NCBI GenBank assembly: GCA_965229625.1
Contig: CBDDJJ010000001.1
Span: forward strand, 1,546,417-1,610,416
From: Halieaceae bacterium
GTDB taxonomy: Bacteria; Pseudomonadota; Gammaproteobacteria; Pseudomonadales; Halieaceae
Direction: 5' to 3'
DNA: 64,000 bases
Numbering within the stretch: position 1 is the stretch's first letter; each line of letters opens with the position of its first letter. The notes below the pieces were generated by a model. It made no database searches and was not told where the DNA came from. It worked only from the letters and a program-made list of their open reading frames with translations. Shown here piece after piece: positions 17,862 to 27,271 of this stretch. Made by a program: the position numbers and the translations under genes.

Positions 17862-18728
17862 ATGCCCCTGCCCGCGGATATCGGCATCATCGACACCATG
17901 CTGGGCATTCCCAGCGCCGAGCGTGACCACTGGTACGACTTCATGAAGCCGCTGCTGCTGGACGCCGAAAGCCGTGAGCAGTTCAGCATGCCCGCCCAGT
18001 ACATGTTCAATGTGCCGGAGCTGGAGGATGTCGAAGACGGCCTTGCCTACACCCTGGCAGCCATGGACCGGTTTGGTATTGAGCGCGCCATGCTTGGCAT
18101 CAGCGGTGACCCCTCGCGCGTGCACGAACAGGCCCTCCAATCACACCCCGATCGCTTCTTTGCCTGCTACGCCGCCAACCCCAACCTCGGCATGGAGGAG
18201 GTGCGCAGAATTCGCGCTCTCAAGGAAGAATTCGACATCAAGGCGGTGACCGGCTTCCCCTCGGGCCTGGTGCCCCAGGTGCCTATTAACGACAAGCGCT
18301 GGTACCCGGTCTATGCCGCCTGCGTGGACCTCGACCTGCCGATCTGCCTGTGTGTGGGCGTGCCGGGCCCGCGCCTGCCGATGGAACCGCAGAAAGTGGA
18401 GCACCTGGACGAGGTGTGCTGGTTTTTCCCCGAGTTGAAGGTAGTGATGCGTCACGGCGCCGAGCCCTGGACCGAACTGGCCTGTAAACTCATGCTCAAG
18501 TATCCCAACCTGTACTATTCCACCAGCGCCTTTGCGCCGAAGTACTATCCGAAGGCCATCCTCGACTACGCCAATACCCGCGGCGCCGACAAGATCATTT
18601 ATGCAGGCTATTATCCTATGGGCCTGTCGTTGGAACGGATCTTTCACGACTTGCCGGACGTGCCACTGCGTGACGACGTGTGGCCAAAATTCCTGCGCGA
18701 AAATGCCGTGCGGGTCTTCAAGCTTTAG
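17862..18728 (+). CDS. Amidohydrolase-2 (ACMSD/TIM-barrel metal hydrolase) family protein
   Basis: ATG at 17862 is preceded by AAGGAGA with a 7-nt spacer. MPLPADIGIIDTMLGIP... and ...VVMRHGAEPW... fit Amidohydro_2-like proteins. Confidence 0.7.
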   Translation: MPLPADIGIIDTMLGIPSAERDHWYDFMKPLLLDAESREQFSMPAQYMFNVPELEDVEDGLAYTLAAMDRFGIERAMLGISGDPSRVHEQALQSHPDRFFACYAANPNLGMEEVRRIRALKEEFDIKAVTGFPSGLVPQVPINDKRWYPVYAACVDLDLPICLCVGVPGPRLPMEPQKVEHLDEVCWFFPELKVVMRHGAEPWTELACKLMLKYPNLYYSTSAFAPKYYPKAILDYANTRGADKIIYAGYYPMGLSLERIFHDLPDVPLRDDVWPKFLRENAVRVFKL

Positions 18729-18763
18729 TCCATCAAGCTTTTATCGAAAAGGAGCAGCAAGCA

Positions 18764-19378
18764 ATGCTGACCATTCATCATCTGCGCATCGGGCGTTCGA
18801 TTTTCACCGTGTGGTTGCTGGAAGAACTGGGCCTCGAATACGACCTGGTGGAATACCATCGCAACCCCGAGACCATGCGCGCGCCGCCCGAACTGCGCGC
18901 AGTGCACCCGCTGGGCAAATCGCCGGTCATCGAGGACGAAGGCATACTGCTGTCGGAGTCCGGCGCCATCACCGCCTACTTGCTGCGTAAATACGATACC
19001 GACGGTAAGTTCGGGCCGGATGAAGGTGACGCCGCCTGGGCGGAATACACCCAGTGGCTGCACTACGCGGAGGGGTCGGTGTTTGTGCCGCTGTTGCTGA
19101 AGCTGCTATCCACACGCGCTGGCGGTGAGCAACCGCTGCTGGACGGATTCGCCGACCCCGAGGTAAAGCTGCATTTCGGCCACATTGCCAACAAACTGGG
19201 CGGGAATGACTTCATCCTCGGCAATCGGATCACCGGCGCCGATTTCGGCATTACCTACATGGTCTCGATGGCCGAACGCCTGGGGTTGCTGGAACCCTAC
19301 CCCACCCTGGCCGACTACCTGGCCCGCAACTTCACGCGGCCGGCGTTCGCACGCGCGTTGGAACGCGCCGTCGAATAG
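18764..19378 (+). CDS. Glutathione S-transferase family protein
   Basis: ATG at 18764 follows AAAAGGAG. AVHPLGKSPVIEDEGILLSESGAITAYL is a GST N-domain motif. Confidence 0.8.
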   Translation: MLTIHHLRIGRSIFTVWLLEELGLEYDLVEYHRNPETMRAPPELRAVHPLGKSPVIEDEGILLSESGAITAYLLRKYDTDGKFGPDEGDAAWAEYTQWLHYAEGSVFVPLLLKLLSTRAGGEQPLLDGFADPEVKLHFGHIANKLGGNDFILGNRITGADFGITYMVSMAERLGLLEPYPTLADYLARNFTRPAFARALERAVE

Positions 19379-19389
19379 CGCGAGCAGCG

Positions 19390-20424
19390 TCAGTCGACAT
19401 TGACCGCAAGGATGCGGTCGCTGGCCGAGTCCAGCGGCAGGCCGAGATTATTCTGCTCAAGAATTCGGTCAGCGCGATAGCTGGAGCGTACCAGCGGCCC
19501 TGAGGCCACCTCGGTGAAGCCCAGCTCCAGGCCCTGTTCGCGGTACCAGGCGAACTTCTCCGGCGTCACCCATTCTTCCACCGGCAGGTGGTTGGGGGTG
19601 GGACGCAGGTACTGGCCGAGGGTAAGAATGTCCACCTCGTGCCTGCGCAGGTCGCGCATGGCGGTCAATACTTCATCCTCGCTCTCACCGAGCCCCAGCA
19701 TCAGGCTGGACTTGGTCAGCACGTCCGGGTTCACCTGCTTGCCATGGGCCAGCACGTCCAGGGTCTGCTGGTAGCCGGCGCGCGGGTCGCGCACCCGGTG
19801 GGTGAGGCGCTCCACGGTTTCCAGGTTCTGGGCAAACACCTGCAGGCCGGAGGTCACCACCTTTTCCACGGCGGACTGACTGCCGGAGAAGTCCGGAGTC
19901 AGTGCTTCTACCGCGGTTGAGGGGTTGCGTTCGCGGATGGCGCGCACGCAGGCGGCGTAATGAGCAGCACCGCCATCGTCCAGGTCGTCGCGGTCCACGG
20001 AGGTCAGCACCACGTAGCGCAGGTTCATCAATTCGACGGAGCGGGCCGCGTTGGCGGGCTCTTCCGGGTCCAGCCAGCCATTGGGATTACCGGTATCCAC
20101 GGCGCAGAAGCGACAGGCGCGGGTGCAGACGGCACCCATCAACATGATGGTGGCCGTGCCGTTGCTCCAGCACTCGCCGATATTCGGGCAGTGGCTCTCC
20201 TCGCACACCGTGGCCAGGCGATGGGTGTGCACGGTATCCATCACCGCGCCGAACTTCTCGCTGCGCTCCAGGCGCATGCGCAGCCACGGCGGCTTGCGCT
20301 GGCTGGGAATCTCGCGATTGGCGTTGGTCTTGACGCCATCCTTGATGGCGCTGAAGCCCTGCTCGGTCGCGAATTTCGTACCGCTGCCGGGGCGTTTGCT
20401 CACTGCTTTGCTCATGCCGGGCAT
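19390..20424 (-). CDS. lipA: Lipoyl synthase
   Basis: [13 protein letters not shown] and the radical-SAM [10 protein letters not shown] cysteine motifs. Start could instead be the Met at 20412. Confidence 0.9.
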   Translation of the reverse strand: MPGMSKAVSKRPGSGTKFATEQGFSAIKDGVKTNANREIPSQRKPPWLRMRLERSEKFGAVMDTVHTHRLATVCEESHCPNIGECWSNGTATIMLMGAVCTRACRFCAVDTGNPNGWLDPEEPANAARSVELMNLRYVVLTSVDRDDLDDGGAAHYAACVRAIRERNPSTAVEALTPDFSGSQSAVEKVVTSGLQVFAQNLETVERLTHRVRDPRAGYQQTLDVLAHGKQVNPDVLTKSSLMLGLGESEDEVLTAMRDLRRHEVDILTLGQYLRPTPNHLPVEEWVTPEKFAWYREQGLELGFTEVASGPLVRSSYRADRILEQNNLGLPLDSASDRILAVNVD

Positions 20425-20474
20425 TATGCCTAAACTGCCGGAAATTTTCCCGGAATCCTGGCCGGATTTGCGAT

Positions 20475-21398
20475 ATGAGCCTGGACATTTCCCACCTCGA
20501 GAATGTCGGCGTCGAGGTGCGCGGCTTTGATATTGCCGCCCCCGTCGACGAGGACACCGCCGCCACCCTGGTGGAGCTGTTCGACCAGCACGGCATCCTG
20601 CTGTTTCGCGGCCAGGATGTGACCCCGGCGCGCCAGATCGCTTTCAGCCGGCTGTTCGGGGAACTGGAACGTCACCCCATCGAGGAAACCCGCTCCCAGG
20701 AGTACCCGGAGCTGTTTACCCTTGCCAGCAATCCCGAGCAGGAGCAATACCTCACCGCCTACTACGACGGCGAACCCCGGGTCAGCCGACTCGACTGGCA
20801 CATGGACCTGCACTACACCGGCAAACCCAACCGCGGCGCCGTGTTGACGGCGGTAGTCTGTGCGGCCGAGGATGGCCTGACCGGCTTCGGCGACCTGGCA
20901 AAGGCCCACGACGCCCTGGACGAGGATACCCGGGCCCTGCTGGCGCAAATCGAAGTGACCTACGCCTTCAGCATGCAGCGCCGACATATGCGCTACGTGA
21001 ACCTGGAAGGCTACCAGCCTGGCCCCTACAGCCCGCGCAAACCCTCGGACATCAACTACCCTAACTTCCCGGAGGTCGCCTACCCGGCCGTGGTGGAGCA
21101 CCCGGTGACCGGACGCAAGGTGCTGGAGATCTGCGAGCAGTTCCTGGAGCGCATCGTCGCGCCCCACCAGGCCGGACTGTCCAACGATGAGGCCATCGAG
21201 TTGCTGGAGCGGCTGGTGGAACATACCCGCCAGCCCGAATTCCATTACTTTCATCGCTGGGAGCCAGGCGACATGGTGCTGTGGGACAACTGGCGCGCCA
21301 TGCACTGCGCCACCGGCACGCGGCCCGGTATCGAGCGGGTGATCCATCGCACGACCATCAGCGGCGATACGCCACTGGGACGCGTCATTGATACCTGA
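20475..21398 (+). CDS. TauD/TfdA family Fe(II)/2-oxoglutarate dioxygenase
   Basis: 307 aa. ...WHMDLHY... (HxD) and ...[12 protein letters not shown]... are typical of TauD/TfdA. Confidence 0.85.
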   Translation: MSLDISHLENVGVEVRGFDIAAPVDEDTAATLVELFDQHGILLFRGQDVTPARQIAFSRLFGELERHPIEETRSQEYPELFTLASNPEQEQYLTAYYDGEPRVSRLDWHMDLHYTGKPNRGAVLTAVVCAAEDGLTGFGDLAKAHDALDEDTRALLAQIEVTYAFSMQRRHMRYVNLEGYQPGPYSPRKPSDINYPNFPEVAYPAVVEHPVTGRKVLEICEQFLERIVAPHQAGLSNDEAIELLERLVEHTRQPEFHYFHRWEPGDMVLWDNWRAMHCATGTRPGIERVIHRTTISGDTPLGRVIDT

Positions 21399-21465
21399 CG
21401 CCGGAATCAGCAAAACTGTTATTCTCTGCCGCTGTACACGCTGAAATACCTCCAAGGAAGACCCC

Positions 21466-22683
21466 GTGCTGAACACCCAGCCCCGACTGATTGTCCTGGT
21501 GGCAGTTCTGCTGCTTGCCTGCTCGCTACACGCCAAGGCCGACAAGTTCGACCGCCAGGCGGCGAAACTGACCCAGAAATACATCCTGGTGGACGGCCAC
21601 ATCGACGTACCAATCCGTCTCCACTACGGCTGGGAAGACGTTACCCAGACCACGCCCCGGGGCCAGTTCGACTACCCGCGCGCCGTGCAGGGTGGCCTGA
21701 ATGTTCCCTTCATGTCCATCTACACGCCGGCGAGCAGCGAATACGACGATAGTGCCTACGCCATGGCCAACAACCTGATCGATCACGTCGAGGCCCTGGT
21801 GGCGCGGGCGCCCGACAAGTTCGCTATTGCCAGCTCCACGGCGGACGTGGAGCGACAGTTCAAGGCCGGCAAGATTTCGCTGGCGCTGGGCATGGAAAAT
21901 GGTGCGCCTATTGGTGGCAGCCTGGACAAGCTGCGACACTTCTACCATCGCGGGATCCGCTACGTGACGCTGGCTCACTCGCACTCCAACCACATCAGCG
22001 ACTCGTCCTATGACAAGGTGCGGCTGTGGGACGGTCTGAGCCCGTTCGGGCGCGAAGTGGTCGCAGAGATGAACACGCTGGGCATCATGGTGGATATCTC
22101 CCACTTGTCGGACAAGGCTGCCCACGAGGTGCTGCAGATCTCGCGCGCGCCGGTCATCGCCTCACACTCCTCGGCCCGCCATTTCGTGGATACCGACCCG
22201 GTGTTCGAGCGCAACATGGACGACGAACTGATCAAGGCGCTGGCGGCCAATGGCGGCGTGATCATGATCAACTTCGGCTCCGGCTTCGTGACCACCGCGG
22301 CCGCGGAGTATCGCAACAAGTCCCGCCCGGTAATGGAAGCCTACGCCGAGCGCCACGGCCTGGAGCGCGGCGACCCGGGCATGCGCAAGTTCATCGAGGA
22401 TTACCAGAGTATCTACCCCTACCCCTATGCCACCGTGTCTGACGTGGCTGACCACATCGACCACGTGGTCAAGATCGCCGGTATCGACTACGTGGGGATT
22501 GGCTCCGACTATGACGGTGTCGGCGACACACTGCCGATCGGTCTGAAGGACGTCTCGACCTACCCGAACCTGGTGGCCGAGTTGCTGCGCCGCGACTACA
22601 GCGAATCGGATATCGAGAAACTGCTGGGCGCAAACCTGGTGCGGGTGTGGAAAGCCGTGGAGAAAGAGGCCAGCCAAAGCTAA
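21466..22683 (+). CDS. Membrane dipeptidase (peptidase M19), secreted
   Basis: 405 aa. GTG start follows AAGGAAG. Signal peptide, then VDGHIDVP, ...VTLAHSHSN..., ...VDISHLS..., ...GIGSDYDG.... Confidence 0.85.
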   Translation: MLNTQPRLIVLVAVLLLACSLHAKADKFDRQAAKLTQKYILVDGHIDVPIRLHYGWEDVTQTTPRGQFDYPRAVQGGLNVPFMSIYTPASSEYDDSAYAMANNLIDHVEALVARAPDKFAIASSTADVERQFKAGKISLALGMENGAPIGGSLDKLRHFYHRGIRYVTLAHSHSNHISDSSYDKVRLWDGLSPFGREVVAEMNTLGIMVDISHLSDKAAHEVLQISRAPVIASHSSARHFVDTDPVFERNMDDELIKALAANGGVIMINFGSGFVTTAAAEYRNKSRPVMEAYAERHGLERGDPGMRKFIEDYQSIYPYPYATVSDVADHIDHVVKIAGIDYVGIGSDYDGVGDTLPIGLKDVSTYPNLVAELLRRDYSESDIEKLLGANLVRVWKAVEKEASQS

Positions 22684-22701
22684 GCCGCTTGAGAGCCTGG
22701 C

Positions 22702-22730
22702 AAAAAAAGGCCGGCGCATGCGCCGGCTTG
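22702..22730 (-). terminator. Rho-independent terminator for the 22752..23057 gene; may act weakly in both directions
   Basis: Perfect palindrome GCCGGCGCATGCGCCGGC (22710-22727) with A7 on the plus-strand 5' side, which is U7 after the stem on the minus strand. Confidence 0.65.
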
Positions 22731-22751
22731 AGTCAGGACCTACTAGAAGTC

Positions 22752-23057
22752 TCAGTTGGCCGCGATGGCCTCACGGCGCAGGAATTCCTCGCGCTCTGCG
22801 TTGAAGTCGGCAGCCGCGCGTACCAGGCGGTCCACGTAGTAATTGTGGACAAAGCTGTCGTCAGGGTTCACGCACTCCATGTAGGCCTCACCGGCCTTCA
22901 CGAATTCGGCCATGGCTTCACGGGCCTCCATCATCTGCTCGAAGGTGGCCACTTCACCGTTGGGTACTTCAGGCTTCTCAGGCCAGCCCTTGCCGTCACA
23001 GGCGCCAAAGGCGGACCCTGATACCAGCGCTGCTACCAGTGCAATCGTCGTTTTCAT
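22752..23057 (-). CDS. Hypothetical small secreted protein
   Basis: 101 aa. Signal peptide MKTTIALVAALVSGSAFGA. No family recognised. Confidence 0.5.
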   Translation of the reverse strand: MKTTIALVAALVSGSAFGACDGKGWPEKPEVPNGEVATFEQMMEAREAMAEFVKAGEAYMECVNPDDSFVHNYYVDRLVRAAADFNAEREEFLRREAIAAN

Positions 23058-23338
23058 ATTTCATCTCCCGGAGAGTCAAATCGGACTCAAAAAAATCTAA
23101 CTATGGATGGGTCGTTAAGGAGCTTGGTTACGCTCAGTAACAACTCATACGAAGTATCACACCGGCCGGACCTGCAGGCATAGGGGTTTAGATGAATTTT
23201 TTATGTAACTAATTGTATTTATTGAATTTTGTGACACAAATCCGCGCTGTTTTGGTGCCTGGCCGCACCAACCGGGTGCAATACAAAGTGTTACCTATAG
23301 GAACGTATGCAGAACCTGAACAACTCAGGCCGCAGCCC

Positions 23339-23612
23339 GGATCCGCGCCCCGAAAAAAATCGGGCGAGCATATCGCTAACGGCCGGGTGAGCGCCTCAAT
23401 ACGAGCCGATCAAGCGCCTCGAAGCAGACCAGGTGAAGCCTGGAAGAAGGTTGAGCTAGCACCTCGATACAGGCCCGCCGAGCACCCCCCAACGACTGGG
23501 CGAGTGCCTCGATACAGGCCGAGTGAGAGCCTCAATACAAACTGGACTAACGTATCGATACAGGCCGATAGAGCACCTGAAAAAAGGTTCGGCTAACGCC
23601 TCGATAAAGACC
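23339..23612. repeat. Degenerate tandem array, 12 units of 22-23 bp
   Basis: I aligned the units by eye. Examples: GGGTGAGCGCCTCAATACGAGCC / GAGCTAGCACCTCGATACAGGCC / GGGCGAGTGCCTCGATACAGGCC / GGACTAACGTATCGATACAGGCC / CGGCTAACGCCTCGATAAAGACC. A second subtype is ...CCTGAAAAAAGGTT. The period is not a multiple of 3. Confidence 0.75.
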
Positions 23613-23646
23613 GAAGCCAATGCAGCCCGAGCGGTCTTATAAAGAA

Positions 23647-24591
23647 TCAGAGGACTTCGAAATATTGGACGCTGAACAGCGAATCATCATCCAGCCAGCA
23701 GCCGCGGGCAGCAAAGCCTGCCTCCGCGGCCAGCTCGGCAAAGCCCTGGGTGGTGTACTTGTAGGAGTACTCGGTGTGGATGCGCTCGCCGGCGGTAAAC
23801 TCCAGCACGGCACCGTCACAGCAGACCTGCTGTGCCGTCCTGCTCTCGAGGTGCATTTCGATCCGCTGCTCCGTGGCGTTGTAGAAGGCCACGTGCTCGA
23901 ACTGGCCGGGGTCGAAGTCGGCATCGAGCAAGCGGTTGGCATGGCACAATATGTTGCGATTGAACTCGGCGGTCACGCCCTGGCTGTCGTTGTAGGCTGC
24001 GTCCAGTACCCCGGTGGCCTTGTGCAGGTCGACGCCAATCAGCAGCCCACCACCCTTCCCCACCAGTGCAGCCGCGCGGGTGAGAAACTCGCAGGCGGCC
24101 GCAGGCTCAAAATTGCCGATCGTAGAGCCCGGGTAGAACAACACCCGCCGCGCGCTGGCGGCGGGCAGGTCGAAGGCGGCCCCAAAGTCCGCCACGACCG
24201 GGCGCACCTCGAGCTCGGGGAAGTCCTCACGCAGGCGTTGGGCTGCGTCGAGCAGGAAATCCCGGGAGATATCCAGCGGCAGGTAAGCCGCCGGCGCCAG
24301 GTCCGACAGCAGGTAGCGCACTTTCTCGCAGTTGCCCGCACCGGGCTCCACCAGTTCGCAGCCCGTCCCGACCGTGGCGGCAATCGCTGCGGCATCGCGG
24401 CTGAAGATGCCTATCTCGGTGCGGGTCGGGTAATACTCGTCCAGCTCACAGATACGGGCAAACAGCTCGGACCCGCGCTCGTCGTAAAAGAACTTCGGAT
24501 TGATAAACCGCGGTGGGCTGGCGAGCCCCGCGAGGAGTTCCTCGCGCTGGGTACTGTGCACATCGGTGATCGGATGATCATCTAAAGCCAT
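23647..24591 (-). CDS. egtD: L-histidine N(alpha)-methyltransferase (ergothioneine biosynthesis)
   Basis: 314 aa. ...PKFFYDERGSELFARICELDEYYPTRTE... and EPGAGNCEKVRYLL are typical of EgtD. 10-nt overlap with egtB. Confidence 0.85.
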   Translation of the reverse strand: MALDDHPITDVHSTQREELLAGLASPPRFINPKFFYDERGSELFARICELDEYYPTRTEIGIFSRDAAAIAATVGTGCELVEPGAGNCEKVRYLLSDLAPAAYLPLDISRDFLLDAAQRLREDFPELEVRPVVADFGAAFDLPAASARRVLFYPGSTIGNFEPAAACEFLTRAAALVGKGGGLLIGVDLHKATGVLDAAYNDSQGVTAEFNRNILCHANRLLDADFDPGQFEHVAFYNATEQRIEMHLESRTAQQVCCDGAVLEFTAGERIHTEYSYKYTTQGFAELAAEAGFAARGCWLDDDSLFSVQYFEVL

Positions 24592-25811
24592 TTGGCGAGC
24601 CTTATGCCGGTGAACTGCCAGCGATCCGGGGGATAAAAAAAGTTGCGGTAGCTGCAGCGCATCTGGCTGCGGCTGGTCACGCAGGAACCGCCCCGCAATA
24701 CCAGCTGGTTGGCCATGAACTTGCCGTTGTATTCACCCACCGCGCCCGCCGCCGGCCGGTAGCCAGGGTAGGGCCCGTAGGCGCTGCTGGTCCACTCCCA
24801 CAGCCCGCCATGAAGCTGCCAGTCGGCTTCGCCGTGGGACGCATCCGGGTGCAGGCGACCGGATTCCACGAACTGACCGGCGAGCTCAGTGCCAGCGGCC
24901 AGGGCTTCCCACTCGAACTCCGTCGGCAGTCGATGGCCGGCCCAACGCGCATAGGCATCGGCCTCGTAACCACTGACATGGGAGACCGGGCGAGCCGGAT
25001 CCAGCGGGCAGAGGCCATACAGCGTGTATTCCTGCCAGCCATCTCCCGTTTTCAACCAGTACAGCGGGGCTTCCCAGCCGCGCTCTCCCACGGTGCGCCA
25101 GCCATCGGACAACCACAGTTCCGGGCGCTGGTAGCCACCGTCTTCGACAAAGGCCTGGTACTCGGCATTGGTCACCAGCCGATCCGCAAGGGCAAAGGGT
25201 GTGAGCAGCACCGCGTGCACGGGTAACTCATTGTCAAAGCAGAATCCGGTATCGGTATGCCCGACCTCCACCTGCCCGCCGGCATGCTCACACCAGCCCA
25301 GGGCGCGCTCCGTTCCCGGCACAAGCTCACTCTGGCTATAGGCGGGGTACAGGGGATTGCGCGACAGGCTGTACTTGATGTCAGTGAAAAACAGTTCCTG
25401 GTGCTGCTGCTCATGGTGAGTACCGAGCTCGACCAGGCGGATGATGGTATCCAGTTCCGGGTGCCCGGATGCCAGCAGTTCACCTACCCAGGTATCTACA
25501 TGCTCACGGTAGGCGAGCACGTCTTCCAGCACCGGGCGCGACAGCAGGCCTCGCTCCGGTCGCGGGTGCTGGTCGCCAATGCCGTTGTAATAGGAGTTGA
25601 ACAGCACTTCGTAGGCCGGGTGGAAGGGCCGGTAGTCGGCGACGTAGGGCTTGAGGATAAAAGTTTCGAAAAACCATGTTGTGTGTGCCAGGTGCCACTT
25701 GGGGGGACTGGTGTCCGCCATCGCCTGCAGGCTGTAGTCTTCCTTTTCCAACGGTTCGCAGAACCGCTCCGAATCGGTACGCACACGAGTAAAACGTTCG
25801 GCGAGATTCAT
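24582..25811 (-). CDS. egtB: Ergothioneine biosynthesis sulfoxide synthase (DinB-like plus FGE-sulfatase domains)
   Basis: Start taken at ATG 25811 (MNLAERF...). This forms an ATGA overlap with the upstream transporter stop. PPKWHLAHTTWFFETF and the C-terminal ...GGSCVTSRSQMRCSYRNFF fit EgtB. Confidence 0.85.
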   Translation of the reverse strand: MNLAERFTRVRTDSERFCEPLEKEDYSLQAMADTSPPKWHLAHTTWFFETFILKPYVADYRPFHPAYEVLFNSYYNGIGDQHPRPERGLLSRPVLEDVLAYREHVDTWVGELLASGHPELDTIIRLVELGTHHEQQHQELFFTDIKYSLSRNPLYPAYSQSELVPGTERALGWCEHAGGQVEVGHTDTGFCFDNELPVHAVLLTPFALADRLVTNAEYQAFVEDGGYQRPELWLSDGWRTVGERGWEAPLYWLKTGDGWQEYTLYGLCPLDPARPVSHVSGYEADAYARWAGHRLPTEFEWEALAAGTELAGQFVESGRLHPDASHGEADWQLHGGLWEWTSSAYGPYPGYRPAAGAVGEYNGKFMANQLVLRGGSCVTSRSQMRCSYRNFFYPPDRWQFTGIRLAKWL

Positions 25812-27271
25812 GTTTTTGCAGCCACCAGGTGCGGGGGCAGGATAGCCCGTTCCAACCATTCAAACAGAAATTCAGTGACGATGGCCAGTAAGGCGGCGGG
25901 AATGGCGCCCTGCAGGATCAATCCGTGGTCATTGAGGTTGAGCCCGGTAACAATCGGCTCACCCAGGCCACCGGCGCCGACAAAGGCCGCCAGCGTGGCG
26001 GTGCCGATGCTGATGATGGCGGCGGTCTTCACGCCTGCCAGGATCATCGGCAACGCCAGCGGAATCTCCACGTACCGCAGTCTCTGCAGGGTGCTCAGGC
26101 CCATGCCCTCGGCCACGTCGCGCAACAGCGGGTCGATGGACTGGATGCCCGCCAGGGTATTGCGAATGATCGGCAGCAACGAGTACAGGAACAGCGCCAG
26201 CACGGCCGGCACCTGGCCAAGACCCAGCAACGGCACCAGGATTGCCAGCAAGGCCAGCGAAGGCACGGTCTGCAGCAGACCCGCGATGTAAACCGCCCAG
26301 GCAGCAGCGTGCGGGTGCTGGCTCAGGTAAATGGCCAACGGCAGCGCCAGGGCACAGGCGAACAGCAGTGCCATGCCGGTCAGCTTCAGGTGTCGCGCGG
26401 TGTTGCGCAGAATCTGGCCGGCCGGGCTCGACTCCCCGGAATCTGCGCGACCGAGGTATTCCGCCACCACGCTGCGCGGCGACACACCGGGTTCACCGGC
26501 AGCGGCGTTCAGCGCCTGGATCCGGGACTCGTCCAGGGTGCCTACCAGCTCGGCCAACAGTGCCCTGGCCGGGGCCGGTAAGTCCCTGCGCGCCAGCAGC
26601 AGGGCATCATAGCGCGGGAAGAATTGGCGGTCGTCCTCGAGCAAGCGCAGGTCGAAGTACTGCAGATCGCCATCGGTGGTGTAGGCATCCGTTGCCGAGA
26701 GCTGACCGCTGGCGATGGCCCGGTAGGCCAGCGCATGCTCCAGCCCGGACACCTCATGGGGCAGGCCGTAATATTCCTTCAGTGAGGGCCAGCCGTCGGC
26801 GCGATTCAGGAACTCCAGGGAAAAGCCCAGCTTCAGGTCCGGGTGGTCTGCGAGGTCGCTGATGCGGGTAATCCCACGCGACTCCGCCAGCGCGCGGTTC
26901 ACGGCGATGGCGTAGCTGTTGTTGAAGCCCAGTTCCGCCACGATCTCCAGGTCACGCTCCGCCAGCGCCGCTGCCAGCTCGATCGGGTCGGCATCCGGTC
27001 GCCGCAGGATAGTCTGCGCGAGGGTGCCGGTGTACTCCGGGTAGACATCGATCTCGCCGGCGAGCAACGCTTCCCATAGCACCATGGTGCCGCCCAGGCC
27101 CTGCTTGCGCGCCACCTCGAAACCGCCCAGTTCCAGATTCTGCGCCGCGATCTCCGCCAGCACGTGGCTTTCCGTGAAGGTCTTGGAGGCCACGGTGATC
27201 GGCTCCGCCGCGGTCAGGGCGGGCAGCAACAGGCCGACACCGACGCACCAGGCCGCCAGGCGCCGCATCAC
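25808..27271 (-). CDS. Fused ABC transporter: OpuBC/OpuCC-type betaine-binding domain (N-terminal, with signal peptide) plus permease domain (C-terminal)
   Basis: 487 aa. MMRRLAAWCVGVGLLLPALTAAEPITVASKTFTESHVLAEI...IDVYPEYTGT is a quaternary-amine SBP motif. The C-terminal half has about 5-6 TM segments with a BPD_transp_1-like loop (...IRNTLAGIQSIDPLLRDVAEGMG). ATGA overlaps at both ends. Confidence 0.85.
   Translation of the reverse strand: MMRRLAAWCVGVGLLLPALTAAEPITVASKTFTESHVLAEIAAQNLELGGFEVARKQGLGGTMVLWEALLAGEIDVYPEYTGTLAQTILRRPDADPIELAAALAERDLEIVAELGFNNSYAIAVNRALAESRGITRISDLADHPDLKLGFSLEFLNRADGWPSLKEYYGLPHEVSGLEHALAYRAIASGQLSATDAYTTDGDLQYFDLRLLEDDRQFFPRYDALLLARRDLPAPARALLAELVGTLDESRIQALNAAAGEPGVSPRSVVAEYLGRADSGESSPAGQILRNTARHLKLTGMALLFACALALPLAIYLSQHPHAAAWAVYIAGLLQTVPSLALLAILVPLLGLGQVPAVLALFLYSLLPIIRNTLAGIQSIDPLLRDVAEGMGLSTLQRLRYVEIPLALPMILAGVKTAAIISIGTATLAAFVGAGGLGEPIVTGLNLNDHGLILQGAIPAALLAIVTEFLFEWLERAILPPHLVAAKT

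Noticed and set aside
20430-21602. 390-aa minus-strand ORF
   Set aside because: It is antisense to the TauD/TfdA dioxygenase and is a shadow ORF.
23058-23340. Possibility that the AT-rich tract plus repeats is the chromosomal origin oriC
   Set aside because: I saw no TTATCCACA-type DnaA boxes. The flanking genes are not the usual oriC neighbours (dnaA, gidA, mioC). It is kept only as an iteron-like or unknown array in the findings.
23213-23596. 127-aa ORF spanning the AT-rich tract and the 23-bp array
   Set aside because: Its repetitive peptide (..PRYRP..PRYRP..) is simply the translation of the 23-bp tandem units. The period is not a multiple of 3, there is no SD, and the composition is implausible.
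23339-23612. Possibility that the 23-bp array (and the 14-bp arrays at 39499 and 42063) are CRISPR arrays
   Set aside because: The units are directly adjacent with no unique spacers and the repeats are degenerate. No cas genes occur in the window.
23620-26291. Plus-strand ORFs 23620..24585 (321 aa) and 25257..26291 (344 aa)
   Set aside because: They are antisense to egtD, egtB and the ABC permease, and no motifs are present.
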